Part shown: positions 40,501 through 50,830 of the stretch, piece after piece
How positions within the stretch are numbered: position 1 is the stretch's first letter
Layout: the number at the start of each line of letters is the position of its first letter
DNA from: a virus
Virus record (IMG/VR): IMGVR_UViG_3300027913_000404
Reading direction: 5' to 3' (one strand)
Length of the DNA stretch: 64,000 bases
Position numbers and translations under genes: made by a program
Notes under the pieces: model-generated
Database searches by the model: none
Told to the model about the DNA's origin: nothing
What the model saw: only the letters and a program-made list of their open reading frames with translations

Positions 40501-43500
40501 CTACTCAAACCAGCTATTACCTCTGCCCAACGTCGGCGGATACCTTTCCACATACACCGGCGAAGCGTCCGTCACTGCCGCCCAGCAATGGTCGGGTGTT
40601 TGGCCTTGGATGGCCAGCGTGTCCACCAGGACCAGCGGAGACTCCCCTGCCCGATACAGGCGTACCGTGTTGGTGCCGCCTTCCACAAAGCCCAGACTGT
40701 CCCACTGCTGGTACCAGACCTTGTAGCCCAAGGGCTGGACGGTTCCCTCCAGCCACAGACAGGTCGTGTTGACACACAGCCGGTAGAGGGACAGGTCCAG
40801 CGGCTCGCTGCTGGAGTTGAACAGCTCCACCGCGCTGTCGCCCTGGATTACCCCATCGGGCACGTTGTCGGTCGTCACCGGATTGCTGCACACCTCGTTG
40901 ATCACCAGTCCCTGCCGCAAGCTGGGCGGGTAGGGCGTGGGCGTGCGGGTTGGTCCGCCCGGCGTGGCCGTGGGCGTGGCCGTTCCCGGCGGTGCGCTCA
41001 CCGGCGTCGGCGTGCGCGTGGCTGTGGGTGTGGCTGTTGGCGGCGTGTTGCTGATCACATCCAACTCCAGGTAAGGGCGAATGCCAAGGTCTTGGTTGGT
41101 GCTGCCGGCGAAATGAGCAAAGCCCTCGCAGTATCCCGTACTGGCGCTTGGCGCGCACCAAGGTTCGAGCTTGACAACAAGCCCACCATTCGCCTGCACT
41201 GCACCCGTTACCTCCAGCGCGAACGTGGTTTGCTGCAGGTTGCTGTCAAAGACGCCAAACTGCGAAATAACAGGTCCCACATCGCTCTCCCCATAAGCGC
41301 CTGTCATTTCCCACGGAACGGGCACCCAGCTCGTAGTAACCCGGTTGATCCACGTTGGCGCGTCCCAAGCAGTCAGCACTGGCCGTATGTCAACAGTCAG
41401 TGGGTAGGGCAAGAAGCCACCAGTTAAGGTCAGGTATAGCGTAGCGTGATTGACTGTAGTTCCAGCCGGCAGGTCGAAGTCCACGTCGATCAGCAGGCTG
41501 CTCACGGTAGTTGGATACTGCGCCGGCAACGCCCCGCTGTCGTAGCTGTTGGCGTACAGCGTGTAGTTAGGCAGGTTCACATAGACCCGATCAGGGTAGC
41601 GCGCCCAGATCAACGCATCTTGCCACGTGCTGTTGCCGTGATCCAGGCGCAAAGGCCAGGGAGTGGCCGCAGGTGCAGATGTTGCTGTTGCGGTCGGAGT
41701 GGCCGTGGGAACCGATGGAGATCCGCCATTTGACGGTTGGAACTTGACGCTGTGGATGGTCTCGACGCCGTCGCCGCCATCCCAGAGGCGAAAGTCCCAG
41801 GCGGTGGCGCCGGACGTGAAACGGTTGGTTAAGTCCATATTGACCAGGCTCAAAGTCCAGGTTCGCCACTGCCGGCTATTGGTCTTGGTCAGTGTTTGTG
41901 TCTGCACCGAGCTACCGTTGTGCCACTGGAATTTGATCTGGTCGGTGCCCACGTCCAGGTAGTCGATGGAGACGGTGGCGTTGACGCCCGTGCCATAGCG
42001 ATACCTGGGATCCACATCCAGATAGATGTAGGGCTGGCCGGCCGCGGTGGCGCGCGCATAGCGAAAGCGCGGATCACACGTTGCGCTGTATACCCGGTCG
42101 TTGGGGCACAGGCCGGGGGCATAGGTCGCATCCAGATTGTAGACAGCAACAGCCTGGCCGTCGGTCGTCAGCGCGCTGAGGCCAGGACAACTCGATCCCA
42201 CGCGCGGCTCCTGCGCCGTGCTGGCGTAGATATAGAAGTCGAAGTTGTTACACTTGGGCCACCATGACCATTCCGTCTCCCGCATCCAGACCTGGGCGTA
42301 GGGCGCGTTCTGTTCGTCCTTGCCGGCCAGGTCGCGCAGGGTTTCAATCATCCTCACAACATGGGGGTTCTCGGTGGTTAAGCGAGCCAGCGTGCCGCGC
42401 GGATAGAGCCGGGCTTTGTACATGTCGCCTTTGAGGTCGAGGAACGCGGCCATGTTCCAGTAGTCTTCCTCGGCGTGGTTGAGCGTCGTACGAGAGCCTG
42501 CGCCCCACAGGGGAGGATCGGGATACTCGATGGCGAACGTCACTCGGTTCTCCCAGCGCAACGGCGCGTCCACCATGCCCTTGCCTTTGCCCCAACACGA
42601 TGGACAGGCTACAGCCATGTCTTCCCAGTCCGGGTGCCACTTGGCGTGCTGCAAGCCCAACCCTTGGCTGGCCGCGTAGTCGTTCATGCGCTCGCGGTTG
42701 CCCTTGTCGATGTAGTAGTTGGTGCCCTCGAAGCTCAGGTCGATGCCTGAATTGGCAAACGCATCCACCCACATATCGATCATCTCAATGACAGTGGCCT
42801 CCCATATCGCCTGCGTCAGCCCCAACTCTTGCAGACAGGCAGCAGATGCCGGCACACCCGGGTTGAGTTCGCCGTAGACACCCATGGGAACCTCGATCCA
42901 GTCGATGTTGTCCTTGAGCGCGGACGTGCTGTCGATGTGCGCGGCCAGCGTGTCGACGAAGTCCTCGTAGGCCGCCAGGTACTGGGCGCTCCAATACTTG
43001 GGCAAACGGTACTTGGGCTGCGTGTTGTCGAGTGGGCAGACCACGTAGGTCACGTTTCGGTCGGCGGCATCCAGCATATCGGTCGGCAACAAGATCAAGT
43101 CTTCCCGATTGCCTGCCGTCCAACATTGGCTTCCACCAATAGCGGCGCAGTCGTAAGGCGAGTAGTCTGTGGTGTCGAAGCCCAGACCGATATGCATCCC
43201 GCGCGCCGCGCGGTCGGCCACATAGCTGTCGAGCTCTGCCCAGTTGTAGTTACCTTGCGTGGGTTCCAGCAGATACCAGGGGATGACTTGGTGGCTGCCG
43301 CTCTGGTAAGGCGACGGCGTACTGCCGCGTGCGTCGAAGAACTGGTAGATGCCGCCGTAGTCCACCTGCGAGCGTGGATAGGGCGTGGCTGGCGCGCCTG
43401 GCGTAATCACCGCGCGCACAGGAAAAGTATCAGGCTGTTCGGGCGTGGGTACGCAAGCCACCAGCGTTAGCAGCGCCAGCGCGATGACGGCCAGCGTCCG

Positions 43501-43518
43501 CATGAACCAAGGTCTCAT
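40501..43518 (-). CDS. large lipoprotein: glycoside-hydrolase-like TIM barrel, DNRLRE-like domain, PT linkers, lamin-tail-like domain
   Basis: lipobox LVAC; W..LEP.QGNYNW; PKYW; MGVYGE; TPTAT linkers; LVINEV..VELFN. Confidence 0.75.
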   Translation of the reverse strand: MRPWFMRTLAVIALALLTLVACVPTPEQPDTFPVRAVITPGAPATPYPRSQVDYGGIYQFFDARGSTPSPYQSGSHQVIPWYLLEPTQGNYNWAELDSYVADRAARGMHIGLGFDTTDYSPYDCAAIGGSQCWTAGNREDLILLPTDMLDAADRNVTYVVCPLDNTQPKYRLPKYWSAQYLAAYEDFVDTLAAHIDSTSALKDNIDWIEVPMGVYGELNPGVPASAACLQELGLTQAIWEATVIEMIDMWVDAFANSGIDLSFEGTNYYIDKGNRERMNDYAASQGLGLQHAKWHPDWEDMAVACPSCWGKGKGMVDAPLRWENRVTFAIEYPDPPLWGAGSRTTLNHAEEDYWNMAAFLDLKGDMYKARLYPRGTLARLTTENPHVVRMIETLRDLAGKDEQNAPYAQVWMRETEWSWWPKCNNFDFYIYASTAQEPRVGSSCPGLSALTTDGQAVAVYNLDATYAPGLCPNDRVYSATCDPRFRYARATAAGQPYIYLDVDPRYRYGTGVNATVSIDYLDVGTDQIKFQWHNGSSVQTQTLTKTNSRQWRTWTLSLVNMDLTNRFTSGATAWDFRLWDGGDGVETIHSVKFQPSNGGSPSVPTATPTATATSAPAATPWPLRLDHGNSTWQDALIWARYPDRVYVNLPNYTLYANSYDSGALPAQYPTTVSSLLIDVDFDLPAGTTVNHATLYLTLTGGFLPYPLTVDIRPVLTAWDAPTWINRVTTSWVPVPWEMTGAYGESDVGPVISQFGVFDSNLQQTTFALEVTGAVQANGGLVVKLEPWCAPSASTGYCEGFAHFAGSTNQDLGIRPYLELDVISNTPPTATPTATRTPTPVSAPPGTATPTATPGGPTRTPTPYPPSLRQGLVINEVCSNPVTTDNVPDGVIQGDSAVELFNSSSEPLDLSLYRLCVNTTCLWLEGTVQPLGYKVWYQQWDSLGFVEGGTNTVRLYRAGESPLVLVDTLAIQGQTPDHCWAAVTDASPVYVERYPPTLGRGNSWFE

Positions 43519-43529
43519 AGCTTCCTCCT

Positions 43530-44192
43530 CTAATGGGTCAATGCCAGGATCAGCAGGTTGACCAGCAGCAGGGCGATCAACACCAGGTTGGCTGCCACCA
43601 TCCATGCGGGCAGCCGGACGATGCCCGTGCGCGCCAGTTCCCTGCGCAAGCGCTCGTTCTCCTCCACCAGCAGGCGGGCGCGGCCGTTCAGCACCAGGGG
43701 TAGTCGATCCGGGTCGACACGATAGCTCTTGACCACGGCCTCGTTGGCCGTCGTGATCGCCCGTTTGATATCGTCAGGCGCCATGCGCAGCGCCTCGAAG
43801 AAGAGCCTGGCCCAGGTCAGCGCCACCTGGTTCTCCACGTCGTCCGGCCAGCCGATGGAGTAGGCGACATTGGTGTTGTTGTACACGGTCGTTGCGGCAT
43901 GGGCGCTCCGGCACGTGTTCAGAAAGAGCACCTTGACGTTGTTGGCAGTGCAGACCGCGTGCTCCAGCATGTCTTCCTCTATGATGCCATCGCTGACCTC
44001 GAGGACGTGCTCTTTGCCGTGGGTGATGAAGTGGATGACATCGTACTGGCCGCTGGCGATCTCCTCCAGCGCGCGCTGGCGCGTGACGGTATTGGCCAGA
44101 ATCTTGGGCACGAAGCCCGAGGCGGCGTTGATGATCTCATCCTGTACGTCCAGCCCCATGTCCGGGCTGATGATCAATACTCGTTGTAGCAA
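43530..44192 (-). CDS. CHAT (caspase-like) domain protein with C-terminal TM helix
   Basis: YDVIHFITHG and VLFLNTCRS (His/Cys dyad); terminal hydrophobic helix. Confidence 0.75.
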   Translation of the reverse strand: MLQRVLIISPDMGLDVQDEIINAASGFVPKILANTVTRQRALEEIASGQYDVIHFITHGKEHVLEVSDGIIEEDMLEHAVCTANNVKVLFLNTCRSAHAATTVYNNTNVAYSIGWPDDVENQVALTWARLFFEALRMAPDDIKRAITTANEAVVKSYRVDPDRLPLVLNGRARLLVEENERLRRELARTGIVRLPAWMVAANLVLIALLLVNLLILALTH

Positions 44193-44213
44193 GGCTATCC
44201 CCCTTCGCAGGTT

Positions 44214-47200
44214 CTATCGCAACAGCCCCAGGTTCTTGAGGTCAGTCCACATGGTGTAGACCACATCGGCCAACTCGGCCACGGTGGTACTATCGCAGTT
44301 GATGGCGCGGTCGGCTGTACCGTTGGTGAAGGTGTAGGCCGAAGGGCGAGTAACAGGCGATACGTTGAAAAAGCCCAACGATGAGCCGCCGTGTGATAAA
44401 GTGCCTACTACGCGTGCTTCGTCAATCGAAGCAACACCCGTCAGGTACATGCCGTCTGTATGGCCCCGAATGTGACTCCACTGGCCGAACTTGATGCGAT
44501 GATTGGCGGTATCCAACTCGATCAGGTTGTCTCCTGAACCAGAGGTCAGCTTTGTGCTTTCGATACTCCAACCAGCAATACTACCGCTCGTCGATGTTAG
44601 CGCGCCGGCATTGGTCACCCGGAAGGGCGCATCGTCGCGCGCTGTTGCGCCAGCCCAAAAGCCCGACCCAGGCTTCATCTGAACGCGACTCGTTCCAGTG
44701 CCAGAGAACAGGCCCTCGGTGTACGAGATCGTGAACCCACCGACTGAACCCGCCGTGGCGTACAGGCCGCCAGCAGGATCGACTCTGAACGGCGCTGATG
44801 CTCGGTTGGCGTAGGTTGAGCCAGCGTAGAAGGGGTAGTCAGCGGGGGACATACCTGAACTGGTGCTGTTGACCCCCGTGTCCTTGGCGAGATAGGCGCT
44901 GTTGATCGTCCAACTACCGATTGTCCCACTGCCTGCGTTGACGGTGCCTGTGATGTTAGCATTGGTTGCAGTCAACGTGCCGGTATTGCTGACACGGAAC
45001 GGCGCTTCTGACGCGATGTTGTTGCCGGCGTAGAAGGGGTAGCTCGCTGGCAGCATACCTACTCGCGTGCTTGCTGCCCCAGCGTACAGATGTCCGCTAG
45101 AGATTGTCCAACCGCCGATGTTACCTGCATTGGCATTCACTGTGCCGGTGAAGTAGCCATTGTCTGTCCATAACCCGTACCCTGACGCGCCGCTAATGCC
45201 AGTCAGGTTGCCCAAACGGGCGCGTTCAGTCAGTGAACTCCATGGACTCCCGCTGTGCGTGGCGATGCTGATGTAGGGGTTGTTGGCGGCATCGGCGGTG
45301 ATGCGCACGACGCCTTCGCCGGCTTGGCCGTAGTTGAGCGCCGCTGCGCCTGCCGCAAAAACCCCGCTGCCGCTCTGGGTTGTTGCTGTCAGCCGCCAGT
45401 AGGTCGCCATGTCGGTCTTGCTGGTGATCGTCGCCCACCAATCGCCCGACAGCGGTTCCTTGATGCGAATCACATCATTGATCGACCATAGAGTACCGGC
45501 GCTGGCGTGTGACATCCCGGCTGGGTCTTCAATGTCCAACGTGGCCGAGCCGCTGCCGGGGGCGGTGAATGTCGTGCGCAGCTTGCCAGCAGCCCTGGTG
45601 ACCCAGATCGACCCACTGGTCGCCTGGACGTAACCGTATTGAAGCACCGCCGCCATGATGGCGCCGCGCACAGATACGTTGTTGAACTCGGCGTTGCCCG
45701 TTGCGCCCTCGATGCGAAAGCCCGACGTACCCGAAGCGAAGTTGGTCGACTCGAAACGTTTGTTGGCTCCGTCCAAATGCAGGCGGTTGCCTGATCCGCC
45801 GACATACAGACTGCCTGTGATATTGCCGGCCGTGGCGTTGATCGTACCAGTGATGGTGGCATCAGAGGCCGTAAGGGCGCCTGCTTTGGTTACACGGAAG
45901 GGAGCAGAAGCGGGGATAGCATTCCCTGCCCACAGCCGATAGAGGGCGTCAACCGCGTCCAGGCGGGCGATATCATTACCCGTGCCCAGGCTCAGATAGC
46001 CGCTGTTGTGCAGCGTGGCGTTGCCACCCGTCAAACTGCTGGCGCCCAAGGTCCACCCGCCGACAGTTCCCGATGTAGCTGTCAACACGCCAGCAGGGGT
46101 CACACGGTAGGGCGCAGTAGTCCGGTTGGCATAAGTCGCCCCTGCGTAGAAGGGGTAGTCAGCGGGAGACATACCAACGTTGGTTGCCCCCAAGTAGCTG
46201 CTGTTGATCGTCCAGCCGCCAATGGCTCCGGCGCTGGCTGCAATCTCCCCTGTCACATGCGCGTTGGTCAGCCAGGCCTCGCCCGCCTGGTTGACCCGGA
46301 ACGGCGCGCTGGCCGGCGTCGCGTGCCCCGCATAGATGCGCCAGGCAGCGTCTTCGCCGTCGATCACGGCCACGTTGTTGCCCGTGCCGGCTGTGAACTT
46401 GCCGGCGTTGGTCAAGACGACGCCGGAGCCAATCGTGCCTCCGCCCAGCAGCTCGAAAGCGCGCGCTCGAACGATGCCGTCGGTGGTGAACTCGCCATCG
46501 GCGAACTGGGCATAGCCGCCCTCGGTCACGGGGTTGCCCATGTGGACGTGCACGTTCTGGTCGCCGGTGCGCACCACAAACTGGCCGACGCCAGCAGCGT
46601 TGCGCGCGGCGATCAGGCCCTGACCATTTTCCTCACCGATGCCGACCTGCGGCCCGGGCTGGGTACCTGACCAGATCATGCCACGGAAGCGAGCGCCCAT
46701 GTTCGTGAGCGACAAAACCCGCATCCCAGCCGCATACATATCCACTCCAGCACTGTTGGTTTGGATACTACCACTGCTGAGCTTGCCCAACTGGGAGTCA
46801 CCAGTCTGGTGACCATCTTCGGCTACACCCCAAACACGAAAGACGCTGACGCCGGTGTCGTCGCTGACATCAATATCCGCGCCGCGCACGGCCAGCAGGT
46901 TGCGGTTGTAGTTGTAGGACAGGTAACGGTCGGCGGTGTTGAGACGGCCCACAGCAAAGCCGAAATCATTGTCGCCGTTGCCCAAGATGCCGCGCACGTT
47001 GCCCCACCGCACGATCTGCTCGGTGGTCCCTGCGTCGATGTCGGTGTGCATCACGAAGCGCATGTTGGGCGCTGCCGACGAGTTCTCGCGCGCGTCCACG
47101 CTGATGAAGCCCTTGTGGGTCAAGCCGTTGACCAGCGTAGCAGCGGCCCAGCCAACCACGATGCCGTTGGGGCTTGTGGCAACGCGACGGGTCACGTTGT

Positions 47201-47789
47201 AGCGATAGCACAGAGCGCCCCGGTCGTCCACCGCAGCCACCGGGTTGCCCACCACGCGCATGGTCTCGACCTCGCCCATGGTGTTGCTCACCATCAAGCT
47301 TTCCTTGTCCCTGAAGATGCCGTGGCGAATCAGCAGTTCACTGTCGTCAGGGCCGATGGTGGCCACCAAGTGGCTGGCATGAGTCAGCACCGTGTGCCCC
47401 GTGCGCGCCACCGAGTCCGCGGCCTGCAGGTTGTCGATGGTTTGGCCCAGGACGCTAATGTCGTAGCCGTCTACGAGGACGCCAGGGGTGACAGGCAGGT
47501 TGCCGGTCAACGGCACAGAACCGTCTGCCAGCAGGGCGTTGTTGACCACAACCGCGCCGCTGTCGTTGCCTCGAACATCAGTCGTCGAAGACACGCGCTG
47601 TTCTCCGGCCAAGGTATGCAGGACAACGGCGCGATCATTGACCGTATCCACCAGCACTGATGCACCCACGCTGAGCGTGCTGCGGTCGATCTGGCCGCTG
47701 ATCAGCACGCCCGGCAAAGTGGCAGTCGATCCCACCAACTGGACGTCGACCGTCTGGTCTCCCAGGCGCCTGATTATTCCCCTGTTCAT
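44214..47789 (-). CDS. tail fibre/spike-like protein
   Basis: Gly/Thr-rich with repeated APFRV..G.L.A..G.IGGWTI units; late-gene context. Confidence 0.8.
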   Translation of the reverse strand: MNRGIIRRLGDQTVDVQLVGSTATLPGVLISGQIDRSTLSVGASVLVDTVNDRAVVLHTLAGEQRVSSTTDVRGNDSGAVVVNNALLADGSVPLTGNLPVTPGVLVDGYDISVLGQTIDNLQAADSVARTGHTVLTHASHLVATIGPDDSELLIRHGIFRDKESLMVSNTMGEVETMRVVGNPVAAVDDRGALCYRYNVTRRVATSPNGIVVGWAAATLVNGLTHKGFISVDARENSSAAPNMRFVMHTDIDAGTTEQIVRWGNVRGILGNGDNDFGFAVGRLNTADRYLSYNYNRNLLAVRGADIDVSDDTGVSVFRVWGVAEDGHQTGDSQLGKLSSGSIQTNSAGVDMYAAGMRVLSLTNMGARFRGMIWSGTQPGPQVGIGEENGQGLIAARNAAGVGQFVVRTGDQNVHVHMGNPVTEGGYAQFADGEFTTDGIVRARAFELLGGGTIGSGVVLTNAGKFTAGTGNNVAVIDGEDAAWRIYAGHATPASAPFRVNQAGEAWLTNAHVTGEIAASAGAIGGWTINSSYLGATNVGMSPADYPFYAGATYANRTTAPYRVTPAGVLTATSGTVGGWTLGASSLTGGNATLHNSGYLSLGTGNDIARLDAVDALYRLWAGNAIPASAPFRVTKAGALTASDATITGTINATAGNITGSLYVGGSGNRLHLDGANKRFESTNFASGTSGFRIEGATGNAEFNNVSVRGAIMAAVLQYGYVQATSGSIWVTRAAGKLRTTFTAPGSGSATLDIEDPAGMSHASAGTLWSINDVIRIKEPLSGDWWATITSKTDMATYWRLTATTQSGSGVFAAGAAALNYGQAGEGVVRITADAANNPYISIATHSGSPWSSLTERARLGNLTGISGASGYGLWTDNGYFTGTVNANAGNIGGWTISSGHLYAGAASTRVGMLPASYPFYAGNNIASEAPFRVSNTGTLTATNANITGTVNAGSGTIGSWTINSAYLAKDTGVNSTSSGMSPADYPFYAGSTYANRASAPFRVDPAGGLYATAGSVGGFTISYTEGLFSGTGTSRVQMKPGSGFWAGATARDDAPFRVTNAGALTSTSGSIAGWSIESTKLTSGSGDNLIELDTANHRIKFGQWSHIRGHTDGMYLTGVASIDEARVVGTLSHGGSSLGFFNVSPVTRPSAYTFTNGTADRAINCDSTTVAELADVVYTMWTDLKNLGLLR

Positions 47790-48337
47790 GGGGTCTTCGC
47801 TCCTATCGCAAACCACGAGGCGCTGGTCATGTAGAAATGCCCTCCGTCATTACTGGCCGAAGCCCACCAGGTAAAGCCATTGGCATCCAATGTTATGGTG
47901 CTGATCTGCGCCCAGCCATTGGGTGAGTTACCATTCCAGCCAAAGAACACCACCGGCGTTGAACTAAAGGCAATTGGAAACGCAATGACGCCAGTGCCGG
48001 AGCCGTTAGGAGAACCGCTCAAATTCGGACTGAACGTGCCAGTCTGGATGAGCAAGCCAGAGGACGCTCCGCCTATCACATGGGCCAACGCATTTAGACC
48101 ATGAGCGCCTTGGCTAGATGCCACGTGGTTGGCCAAGTCGTTGTAGCTCTTGCCGCCTCCGGGTGGCGCGGTGCTGCCTGCTGCGCCGGCCACGTCCAGG
48201 TTGGCGAACGGCACGCGCGCGCCATCGACGCCATTGTGCTTGTGGCCGCCAGTGGCGTCCAGCACATCGGCGCGCAGGTTGTTGATGTCGTCCGGCGTGT
48301 AGGATTCCCCGGCCGCTATCAGTCGTGAACTTGCCAT
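47786..48337 (-). CDS. tail fibre-associated protein
   Basis: GHKHNG and IQTG..FPIAFSSTPVV..W.AIG pattern. Confidence 0.75.
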   Translation of the reverse strand: MASSRLIAAGESYTPDDINNLRADVLDATGGHKHNGVDGARVPFANLDVAGAAGSTAPPGGGKSYNDLANHVASSQGAHGLNALAHVIGGASSGLLIQTGTFSPNLSGSPNGSGTGVIAFPIAFSSTPVVFFGWNGNSPNGWAQISTITLDANGFTWWASASNDGGHFYMTSASWFAIGAKTP

Positions 48338-48403
48338 GCTATCCCCCTTTCTGATCGTGTGACAGTCAGCGAACTGGCTGGCTGTCACACGAAGCCAGTT
48401 TGA

Positions 48404-49138
48404 CTATGGCCGCACCACGTAGAACACGTTGTTCCAGTCGCCACGCTCGCAGTAGAAGACCCGCACTTCGCCCGACTTCAGGTGCTCAGCCCGCTGGCCG
48501 ACAAAGGCACGGTCGTTCCAACGCACCGTAAACTCAGGCGAGTTAGGCACAAACTGCGCCAGGAAGATCGCCTTTTGCAGAGCAGCTTCTGGGTTGAACT
48601 GGATCACCTGTTGTTGGTCGCCAGTCCTGATGAGCAGCTCGCTCAGACTGGAGGCTGGCGGCAAGTCTTCGCCGATCTGGAAGGTCAGAAAGAGTGGCCC
48701 CGCGTGGTTGGTGCCGCCCAACATGCCGACGCCGGACAGGCCATCGCTGGTCAGAGACGGGCTGAGCACCCAGATCACATGCGGCCCACCCTCTTGCAGG
48801 TTGCCGATGTAGGAGCCGGTTCCCAGGCCAAAGCCGGTGAAGCCCGCACTGTCGGTGGGCTGGTTGACCGCGCGCTCACGCCAGAGCGTCTTGAGGCCCG
48901 CGTTGCGCAGGTCGGGCAGAGTCGGATCGGGCCAGTGGTTAGCCACCGGTTGACCAGCGTGGGGCAAGCCCTGTTCGTTCAGCACGCGCGCCTTGATGAC
49001 TGCGGGGCCCTCGGTCTCGTCCACGCGCGCCAGCTTGAACTTCTTGCCAGCGCCTGCGTCGAGGAACTGCACGTTGCCATACTTCTGGCGCAGCCAGGCC
49101 ATGTCCCGCTGCACCCCGTTCTTGTCGAATACGTCCAT
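48404..49138 (-). CDS. lysis-associated protein sharing a C-terminal domain with the endolysin
   Basis: IQFNPEAALQKAI..PNSPE resembles the endolysin's ISPNPASAIEVAM..PIGNE. Confidence 0.7.
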   Translation of the reverse strand: MDVFDKNGVQRDMAWLRQKYGNVQFLDAGAGKKFKLARVDETEGPAVIKARVLNEQGLPHAGQPVANHWPDPTLPDLRNAGLKTLWRERAVNQPTDSAGFTGFGLGTGSYIGNLQEGGPHVIWVLSPSLTSDGLSGVGMLGGTNHAGPLFLTFQIGEDLPPASSLSELLIRTGDQQQVIQFNPEAALQKAIFLAQFVPNSPEFTVRWNDRAFVGQRAEHLKSGEVRVFYCERGDWNNVFYVVRP

Positions 49139-49146
49139 GCTACCCC

Positions 49147-50796
49147 CTATGGTTTGTTGACTTGCCTGACGGCCCACTGCCCGTCAGGGGTGAGGTTGGT
49201 GGCAAAGAATGCGGCCTCATGGCCGTCAGTAGGACGATACCCCAATTGAGCCACCCCCAGCCACGTGCTCCCCGAGCGCACATCGGTCTCGTTGCCGATG
49301 GGCGTATAGCCCGCCTGGCGCATGGCGACCTCGATGGCCGATGCAGGGTTGGGCGAGATGGCCTGCGCGGTCTTGGCGACCGCCCAGATCAGCGAGCTGC
49401 TGGCGTCGGGACTGTTCAGCCAGGGCAGAACAGCAGCCAGCTTGTCGCCAGGGCATGAGGTCTGGTTGCCCGGCACATCGCGGTGGCCCACCACCGGCAA
49501 GGGCGTCGCAGTCCACGTAGCCCAGCGCCTCGCCACCTGAACGACCCGGCGCAGCACGTCCACTTCCTCGACGGTCGGTTCTTCACGGACGAAGCTGCCG
49601 GCAAGGCAGACGGCGAGGCCGCGGTCATTGCCGACGGTGTGGGCGTGGTAGCTGCGCGTCCGCGGGTCGTTGAGCAGTGAGACCATCACCTTGCCACCAA
49701 ATGAGCGCACGCCGATGTGATAGCCGATCCCCGGCCAGCCGTTGCTGTTGACGTGGTATTGCGCCACGCTCTGCCACGTTGCCGCCTTCGATGCCTCGGT
49801 GTGGTGCAGAACAATGCGGTCGATGGCTGAAAGCGCCCGCTCGTGATAGACCAGTGTCGCATGGCGAGGCAGCGACCTGGATAGGTCCTCGTAGTCGGCG
49901 CCGAACTCTGCCCTGAGCAGTTCTCCCAGCGGGGGCGGCGCGCTGGGTGCGGTCGGCTCATACGAGCCACCCCGCGCTTGGATGTGTGCGTTGATCATGT
50001 CGTTCATCTCCCTGTCCACCTCGAAGTCCTCCCAGCCCATGGGGCCGGCCGTGAAAATGCTGGCCGTCAGCACGTAGGGGTCCTTTGCCAGCTCGGCGTC
50101 AAACATGGCCAACTGCTCCATGTAGTGCGCCCGATCCCGGCAGAACGTCTTCCAACCGCGCTTGGGTCTGGCTACGACGCCCCCGTCCACGCCGCACTCC
50201 GTGATGAGCAAGGGCGGAAGACGGATGCCTGCCTCGGCCGCATAGCGCACGTTCATGCGATAGCGAAAGGCGTGCCAGTCGTTCATGCCGCTTTCCGGGT
50301 GCGGATAGTCCAGCACCCAGTAGCAGTGCTGGGACCAGTAGTCGCAGTGCGCCAATCCGGCCGCAATGACCTGGAAACAAGCCCTGCGCTGCGCCTCGTC
50401 GCCGCCCGGATTGCCCTCGCTCAGGTTGCCGCCCACAAGCTGCAACCCGGCGCTGTGCATTAGCTCGGCCAGGCGGATCGTGAACTCACTCAGCTTGCGA
50501 CAGAAGGCCAGATCGGCTACCGGCTGCGGCTCGTTGGGACCTTCCCAGATGCGGATATATGGCGCGCGGGCGAACGTTGACTGGCAGAAGCGGAACCAGG
50601 CTTCAGCGCCAGCCGCGCCGCGCCCGACCAAGGTGTTGCTGTCGTTATCCGGCATGTACACCCTACCGATGATCTGCTTGCCCGGCCAACGGTTCGCGCC
50701 GGGCGGATCCATGACTTTGATCCAGCGCGCGCCGCTGCCGTTGCCATCAGCCCAGTTAGGGTGGGCCTGCAAGTGAAGTGAGAGTTTGCTTGGCAC
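49147..50796 (-). CDS. endolysin: glycoside-hydrolase-like domain, Amidase_2 domain and C-terminal binding domain
   Basis: WEGPNEP and LLITECG; IVLHHT, WPGIGYH, SYHA, VVGHRD..TSCPG. Confidence 0.88.
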   Translation of the reverse strand: MPSKLSLHLQAHPNWADGNGSGARWIKVMDPPGANRWPGKQIIGRVYMPDNDSNTLVGRGAAGAEAWFRFCQSTFARAPYIRIWEGPNEPQPVADLAFCRKLSEFTIRLAELMHSAGLQLVGGNLSEGNPGGDEAQRRACFQVIAAGLAHCDYWSQHCYWVLDYPHPESGMNDWHAFRYRMNVRYAAEAGIRLPPLLITECGVDGGVVARPKRGWKTFCRDRAHYMEQLAMFDAELAKDPYVLTASIFTAGPMGWEDFEVDREMNDMINAHIQARGGSYEPTAPSAPPPLGELLRAEFGADYEDLSRSLPRHATLVYHERALSAIDRIVLHHTEASKAATWQSVAQYHVNSNGWPGIGYHIGVRSFGGKVMVSLLNDPRTRSYHAHTVGNDRGLAVCLAGSFVREEPTVEEVDVLRRVVQVARRWATWTATPLPVVGHRDVPGNQTSCPGDKLAAVLPWLNSPDASSSLIWAVAKTAQAISPNPASAIEVAMRQAGYTPIGNETDVRSGSTWLGVAQLGYRPTDGHEAAFFATNLTPDGQWAVRQVNKP

Positions 50797-50830
50797 GATA
50801 CTCCTCCTCTATCCCTCTGCTATCCGTCTG

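Noticed and set aside
44214..47789. Diversity-generating retroelement target/template in the repetitive tail fibre gene
   Set aside because: Repeats are protein-level units differing at all base types; no reverse transcriptase in the window
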